Assembly: GCA_963664825.1 (NCBI GenBank)
Contig: OY761614.1
Coordinates: 2,752,001-2,816,000, forward strand
Origin: an uncultured Holophaga sp.
GTDB lineage: Bacteria > Acidobacteriota > Holophagae > Holophagales > Holophagaceae
Direction of reading: 5' to 3'
DNA: 64,000 nucleotides
In this document: positions 59,075-64,000 of the stretch, in pieces
Layout: each line of letters begins with the position of its first letter
How positions within the stretch are numbered: position 1 is the stretch's first letter
Translations under genes and position numbers: made by a program
The notes under the pieces: generated by a model
What the model saw: the letters and a program-made list of their open reading frames with translations, nothing else
Database searches by the model: none
What the model was told of the DNA's origin: nothing

Positions 59075-60302
59075 GGGAGAGCTTGCTGGCCTTCCACGCC
59101 GGATAAAGCGCGAAGAGGAAGCCGCAGACGGCCGCCAGCAGGTAGGCCCAGAGGAAGCTCGCCAGGTTCATGGCCAGGGGCACGCCCAGGACATGGGTGA
59201 TGGCCCAGGAGAAGGCCACTCCCAGGCCGAGACCCACGAAACCGCCCAGGGCCGTGAGGAGCAGGGCCTCGGTCATGAAACCCTTGAAGATCTCCGAACC
59301 CGGGGCGCCGATGGCCATCTTGATGCCCACTTCCCGCACCCGTTCCTTGAGGCCCGCCAACTGGATATTCACGTTGACGAGGCCCCCGCCCAGCAGCGCC
59401 AGCACGCCGCTGAGCATGAAGATGATGTTGTAGGCGTCGCCATTGTTGTCCCGCTTGCGGATGCGGGCCTGGACATCATCGAGGCGGAAATCCTCCTCCA
59501 GTCGGTGATTGGGCTTGAGGATGCCCTGCAGGGCCTGAGTGAAGGCGGGCATGGCGTCGATCTTGGGCAGACGGTAGGTGATGCGGTCCAGCCGGGCGTG
59601 GACATCGCCCTGGAGGCGCCGCTGCACGAGGCTTGCGGGCACGGCGATGATCCGGTTCTGGCGCCGGAACATGTTGTGGCGCCCCTCCACCTTGCTGAAG
59701 CGGAAGAACCGCTCCTGCAGCACGCCCACGACCTGTACGGGCGAATCGCCCACGCGCATCGTGGACCCCACGGCATGGCCCGATGGGAAGAAGGTCAGGG
59801 CGGCTTCGCTGCCGAGGAGGACCACCGGCGCCGCCGAAGTCAGGTCCTGGGTCGAAAGGGCGCGGCCCTGGGCCACTTCGTAGCCCTCCATGGCCAGGAA
59901 ATCGCCACCGATGCCGCTCACGGAACGCTCCTGGTCCCCCTCGGCGGAGCGCACCCGGGCGCGCAGGCTCTTCATCATGGAGATGCCCTGGACATCCTGG
60001 GGGGACACCTGCTCGGTGTCATCCCGATCCTCCTGGCGCAGTCCCAGGTTGGCGGCGCGCAGGGCCGTGGGTTGGCCCTCCGGGGCCGTGGGATTGTTCT
60101 GCACGGTGAGCTTGTCCAGGCCGCCGAGCTTCACGTAGAGCTGCTCGCTGCGCTGGCGGAAGGAATCGGTGATGGAGAACCCACCCAGCACGGAGGCCAC
60201 TCCCAGCATGACGCCGAGGCTCTGGAGGGAGGCGCGGCCAAGATTCTCCCGGATCTCCGTCCAGGCTTCGAAAACCCGTTCCCGGAGGACGCCGCGGTTC
60301 AC
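59049..60302 (-). CDS. MacB/FtsX-like ABC transporter permease
   Basis: ERVREVGIKMAIGA, F.TEA, LYPAWKASKLSPMEAL. Confidence 0.9.
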   Translation of the reverse strand: MNRGVLRERVFEAWTEIRENLGRASLQSLGVMLGVASVLGGFSITDSFRQRSEQLYVKLGGLDKLTVQNNPTAPEGQPTALRAANLGLRQEDRDDTEQVSPQDVQGISMMKSLRARVRSAEGDQERSVSGIGGDFLAMEGYEVAQGRALSTQDLTSAAPVVLLGSEAALTFFPSGHAVGSTMRVGDSPVQVVGVLQERFFRFSKVEGRHNMFRRQNRIIAVPASLVQRRLQGDVHARLDRITYRLPKIDAMPAFTQALQGILKPNHRLEEDFRLDDVQARIRKRDNNGDAYNIIFMLSGVLALLGGGLVNVNIQLAGLKERVREVGIKMAIGAPGSEIFKGFMTEALLLTALGGFVGLGLGVAFSWAITHVLGVPLAMNLASFLWAYLLAAVCGFLFALYPAWKASKLSPMEALHYE

Positions 60303-60985
60303 GGTTCGGTCTCCATGCGGGCGATGAGGCCGTCGGAGATCTCGACGCGGCGCCTGGCCTGGGAGGCGATGCCGAGATCGTGGGTCACCAGGATCACCGT
60401 GTTGCCTGCGGCATTGAGATGGCCGAAGAGTTCGAGAATCTCCGCACCGGTCTTGGAATCCAGGGCGCCGGTGGGTTCGTCGGCCAGCAGCAGGGCAGGG
60501 CCCGCCGCCAGGGAACGGGCGATGGAGACCCGCTGCTTCTGGCCGCCGGAGAGTTCGCCCGGTAGTTTGGTGGCCTTGTCGGGGATGCCTACCTGTTCCA
60601 GCAGGTGCTGGGCGCGCTCCCGGCGCTCCTTGCGGCCCACTCCCGCGTAGAGCAGGGGCAGTTCGATATTGCGAAGCACGGAGGCCTTGGGGAGCAGGTT
60701 GTAGGCCTGAAAGACGAAGCCGATCTTGCGGTTGCGGATGGCGGCCAGTTCCCGGCCCGAGAGGCCCTGGACTTCCACGCCATCGAGGGTATAGGTGCCG
60801 GAGGTGGGGCGATCCAGGCAGCCCAGAATGGCCATGAGGGTGGACTTCCCGGAGCCGCTGGGGCCGATGAGGGCCAGGAATTCGCCTCGCTGGACCTCGA
60901 GATCGATGCCCCGGAGGGCATGGACCGCCGTGCCGTTGTTGCCGAAGGTCTTGGTGATGGCTAGGGTCTGGATGACGGGCTGCAT
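60299..60985 (-). CDS. ABC transporter ATP-binding protein (MacB/LolD-like)
   Basis: GPSGSGKST, LSGGQKQRV, LLADEPTGALD, VTHD. Confidence 0.95.
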   Translation of the reverse strand: MQPVIQTLAITKTFGNNGTAVHALRGIDLEVQRGEFLALIGPSGSGKSTLMAILGCLDRPTSGTYTLDGVEVQGLSGRELAAIRNRKIGFVFQAYNLLPKASVLRNIELPLLYAGVGRKERRERAQHLLEQVGIPDKATKLPGELSGGQKQRVSIARSLAAGPALLLADEPTGALDSKTGAEILELFGHLNAAGNTVILVTHDLGIASQARRRVEISDGLIARMETEP

Positions 60986-62196
60986 CACATGTCCTCGTCC
61001 TTCTCGACCTTCTTGCGGGTGGGATCCTCCAGGCAGATCTGATCGCCTTCGCCGAGGCCCGAAAGCACTTCCACGCGTTCCAGTGTGGCTAGACCGGCCT
61101 TGACGTTGACCGATTCGAAGAACTCCCTCCAGTGCTCCGAGAGCCAAGTGAACTTGCCCCGGCCCCCGAGTCCTTCCTTGGCTCTCTTGAAATCCTCGGG
61201 CTTGAGGCCCTTCTTCAGCCGGTAGGCCACGGTCTGACCCTCCTTGCGGTGGAGGGCCTCCAGGGGGATGGAGAGGGCCTTGGTCCGGCGTTCGCCCAGG
61301 ATCTCCACATTGGCGCTCATGCCGGTGCGGAAGGCCTCGGTGAGTTCATCGAGGGCCACTTCCACCTCGAAGACCTTGATCTTCTCGGCCAGCTTGGCGG
61401 CCGGGGCCACGAAGCGCACCTTGCCGGTGAAGGTCTTCTGGGGATAGGCGTCCAGGGTGACGCGCACGGGGAGGCCCACCTGGACCTTGGCGATATCGAC
61501 CTCGTTGAGGTTGACGCGGATGATGAGGCTCTTCAGATCGGCCACGGTGAAGACGATGGTGCCTGCGCTGAAGCTGGAGACGCCGCTGGTGATGGTGTCG
61601 CCCAGTTCCACGCCCTTCTTGATCACGACTCCATCCATGGGGGACGTGACCCGGGCCCGCTGGCTGGTGGCGTTTCCGCCGATGGGAATGCCGCGATCCT
61701 CCACGATCTGGTAGCGGATCTCGGCGGCCTTGAAGACTTCTTCGGCCAGATCCCGGGTGGTCTTGGCGGCGCGGTAGGCCTGTTCGGAGACGAGGCCCTC
61801 CTTGTAGAGGGAAGCCTGCTGGACAAAATCGCGCTCGGCGTTCTTGAAACTGACCCGGGCCTGGGAGAGGCTGCCCTTCACATCGGAAAGGGTCTGGGCC
61901 TGGTTCACGTCCGGCTCCACCTCCGCCAGCACTTCGCCCGCCCTCACCACGGCCCCCTCCCGCACCTTCAGGCTGAGGATCTTGCCGCTGACGGTGCTCT
62001 TCACGTCCACCTTGGTGACGGGGTCCACGGCACCCACTTCCCGGACACTGATCTGCAGATCCTCCAATTGGACTTTGCCCAGACGGAAGGGAGTGGCCTC
62101 CTCTCCCTTGGTCGATTTCCCGGCCCTGCCCGCCGCGAGCAAGGCCGCCACCACCAGGACGCTGGAAGCCCCCACGATCCACCACCGTTTTCTCAT
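60985..62196 (-). CDS. MacA-like periplasmic adaptor subunit
   Basis: N-terminal TM, VKSTVSGKI..L.V.EG..V, SPMDGVV, EVDIAKV..G, GMSANVEI. Confidence 0.9.
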   Translation of the reverse strand: MRKRWWIVGASSVLVVAALLAAGRAGKSTKGEEATPFRLGKVQLEDLQISVREVGAVDPVTKVDVKSTVSGKILSLKVREGAVVRAGEVLAEVEPDVNQAQTLSDVKGSLSQARVSFKNAERDFVQQASLYKEGLVSEQAYRAAKTTRDLAEEVFKAAEIRYQIVEDRGIPIGGNATSQRARVTSPMDGVVIKKGVELGDTITSGVSSFSAGTIVFTVADLKSLIIRVNLNEVDIAKVQVGLPVRVTLDAYPQKTFTGKVRFVAPAAKLAEKIKVFEVEVALDELTEAFRTGMSANVEILGERRTKALSIPLEALHRKEGQTVAYRLKKGLKPEDFKRAKEGLGGRGKFTWLSEHWREFFESVNVKAGLATLERVEVLSGLGEGDQICLEDPTRKKVEKDEDM

Positions 62197-62381
62197 GGCA
62201 CCCCCCGCTAAGACAGATCTCGAGCCCGTCGATAAAGAGCCTACGAGGGGAGGATGGCATCGTTTAGGCCGCTGGCTCGGGCCATTCGGCCACAGCCCCG
62301 GGAGCACCGGCGAATGGTTCCGGGCGGGCGGGGAATGGAAAACGGGGCCCGGAGGCCCCGCTTATGAGGATTCCGATGGGT

Positions 62382-63560
62382 TCAGATGAACTTGGCTGTG
62401 TAACGGGCGATCATCAATTCCTCGTTCGTGGGCACAACGGCCACGGCCACCCGGGAATCGGGCGTGGAGATGAGGCGATCGTCCTTGCGGCGAGTGTTAT
62501 TGATGCCCTCATCCAGCTTCAGGCCCAGCAGGCGTGTGAGGCGGTTGCAGACCCAGGAGCGGAGGGCAGGGGCGTTCTCCCCGATGCCGGCGGTGAAGGT
62601 GATCGCATCCAGGCCGTTCATGGCCGCGGCGTAGGAACCGATGTACTTCAAGACGCCGTAGCAGAGCACATCGTGGGTGAGGCGCGCACGATCATCGGTG
62701 TCCATGGCGGCCTCGATCTCGCGGCAATCGGAGGAAATGCCGGAGAGGCCCAGCATGCCGGATTGTTTGTTGAGCAGATGGTTGAGGCCCTTGACGTCCA
62801 GGTTTTCCTTTTCCATCAGCGTGATGAGGGCGCCGGGGTCCACATTACCGCAGCGGGTGCCCATGATAAGGCCTTCCAGGGGCGTGAGGCCCATGCTGGT
62901 GTCCACGCTCTTTCCGCCATCCACGGCCGTGACGGAGCTGCCATTGCCCAGGTGGCAGGTGATGATCTTGAGCTGCTCGAGGGGCTTGCCCAGCAGGGCT
63001 GCCGTGCGCTCGGCCACGTAGCGGTGACTGGTGCCGTGGAATCCGTAGCGACGCAGGCCCAGCTTGGCATTGAGCTCATGGGGCAGGCCGTAGGTGTAGG
63101 CGTAGTCGGGCATGCTGTGGTGGAAGGCGGTATCGAAGACGGCCACGTGAGGCACGCCAGGGAACATCTCCTGGGCGGTGCGGATCCCCATGGCGTTGGC
63201 GGGATTGTGGAGGGGCGCGTAGAAGGCCAGTTCCTCGATCTCCTGGAGGATCTTGGGGGTGACGATCATGGGTTCGCCAAAGTGGGGGCCTCCGTGGGTC
63301 ACGCGATGGCCGACGCCAGCCACGTCCTGGTCCTTCAAGACGGTGGCCTGGAGCCTCTCCATGATGTGTCCCAGGGCCTGGCGGTGGTCGTTCATATCCA
63401 CTTCCAGGCGACCCTTCTCGCCCTGGATGCTCCAGCGGAGGAAACTGCCTTGGATCCCGATGCGCTCGACGATGCCCTCGGCGAGGGATGCCTCGGTGGC
63501 CACGTTGATGACGTTGAACTTCAGGGAACTGGAGCCTGCGTTCAGGGTCAGGACGATCAT
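62382..63560 (-). CDS. ackA: Acetate kinase
   Basis: NAGSSSLK, GHRVTHGG, APLHNP, FDTAFH, RYGFHGTSH, HLGNG, GTRCG, FTAGIGEN, PTNEE. Confidence 0.97.
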   Translation of the reverse strand: MIVLTLNAGSSSLKFNVINVATEASLAEGIVERIGIQGSFLRWSIQGEKGRLEVDMNDHRQALGHIMERLQATVLKDQDVAGVGHRVTHGGPHFGEPMIVTPKILQEIEELAFYAPLHNPANAMGIRTAQEMFPGVPHVAVFDTAFHHSMPDYAYTYGLPHELNAKLGLRRYGFHGTSHRYVAERTAALLGKPLEQLKIITCHLGNGSSVTAVDGGKSVDTSMGLTPLEGLIMGTRCGNVDPGALITLMEKENLDVKGLNHLLNKQSGMLGLSGISSDCREIEAAMDTDDRARLTHDVLCYGVLKYIGSYAAAMNGLDAITFTAGIGENAPALRSWVCNRLTRLLGLKLDEGINNTRRKDDRLISTPDSRVAVAVVPTNEELMIARYTAKFI

Positions 63561-63712
63561 GGGGTTCTCCTTGGATCAAGACGGCAAAGGGTCTGACAGG
63601 CAAGAGCCTAGCCCCTACGATAGCCCCGAGGGCTGTGCATCCTTGCTGGGCCGTTCTTCCAAGTGTAGGAGTGATTCCTCCCTCAAGGCAAAGAGGGGGA
63701 AGGGTTTTGCGT

Positions 63713-64000
63713 TTAATCACTCGCCCCGCACAGCTCCACCAGAGGGCAGGCGGCGCAGCCTGGCAGGGAGCGGAGCCCTGGGCAGTCTCCGAGGATGCCC
63801 AGGTGGGACAGGGGGAAGTCGAAGCGGAGGGGATCCAAGGGGTCCAGGGCTTGAAGGGCCTGGGTGATCTCCAGGGCCATCCGGCCATCCGGCGTGGCTC
63901 TCGAGGTGAGGCCGATGAGCCGGGAGATCCGGGCCACATGGGTATCCAGAGGGATCACGAGGGCCTCCCGGGGGTAGGCTCGCCATAGGCCGAGATCGGG
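63713..64000 (-). CDS. TIGR02757/DUF2400-like protein (C-terminal part; start outside window)
   Basis: DLGLW...IPLDTHVAR...EIT..L...DP.DP.RFDF.L.HLG. Confidence 0.75.
   Translation of the reverse strand, partial: PDLGLWRAYPREALVIPLDTHVARISRLIGLTSRATPDGRMALEITQALQALDPLDPLRFDFPLSHLGILGDCPGLRSLPGCAACPLVELCGASD

Overview
GC-rich bacterial chromosome segment; gene content and style are reminiscent of Holophagaceae (Acidobacteriota), but this is only an impression. From left to right: housekeeping genes (tamB-like, moaD, frameshifted mgsA, rho, DEAD-box helicase); a ~12 kb molybdenum-hydroxylase/selenium operon (XdhAB, a second Se-dependent Xdh, XdhC, YqeC, YqeB, cysteine desulfurase-like, SelD, DUF3343, YedF); TolC, a Ser/Thr kinase, a TPR protein and an orphan response regulator; a DUF4402-type chaperone-usher-like operon; an M6 protease with a dockerin-like tail next to a cohesin-like lipoprotein; a ~7.9 kb satellite-like element integrated at tRNA-Thr(CGT) (38051-46011); then core genes (phoH-like, tyrS, rlpA, ispD, lpxC, a GGDEF sensor, MacAB-like ABC system, ackA). 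The most unusual feature is the right arm of the integrated element. Downstream of a Panacea (DUF4065) toxin-antitoxin pair it carries a cas-less type I-E-like CRISPR mini-array (3 near-identical and 2 degenerate repeats, plus 1 orphan relic). This array is embedded in a dense series of about 8 mutually different operator-like palindromes, two of which form the trailer spacers. All family assignments come from motif recognition by eye; no database searches were run.
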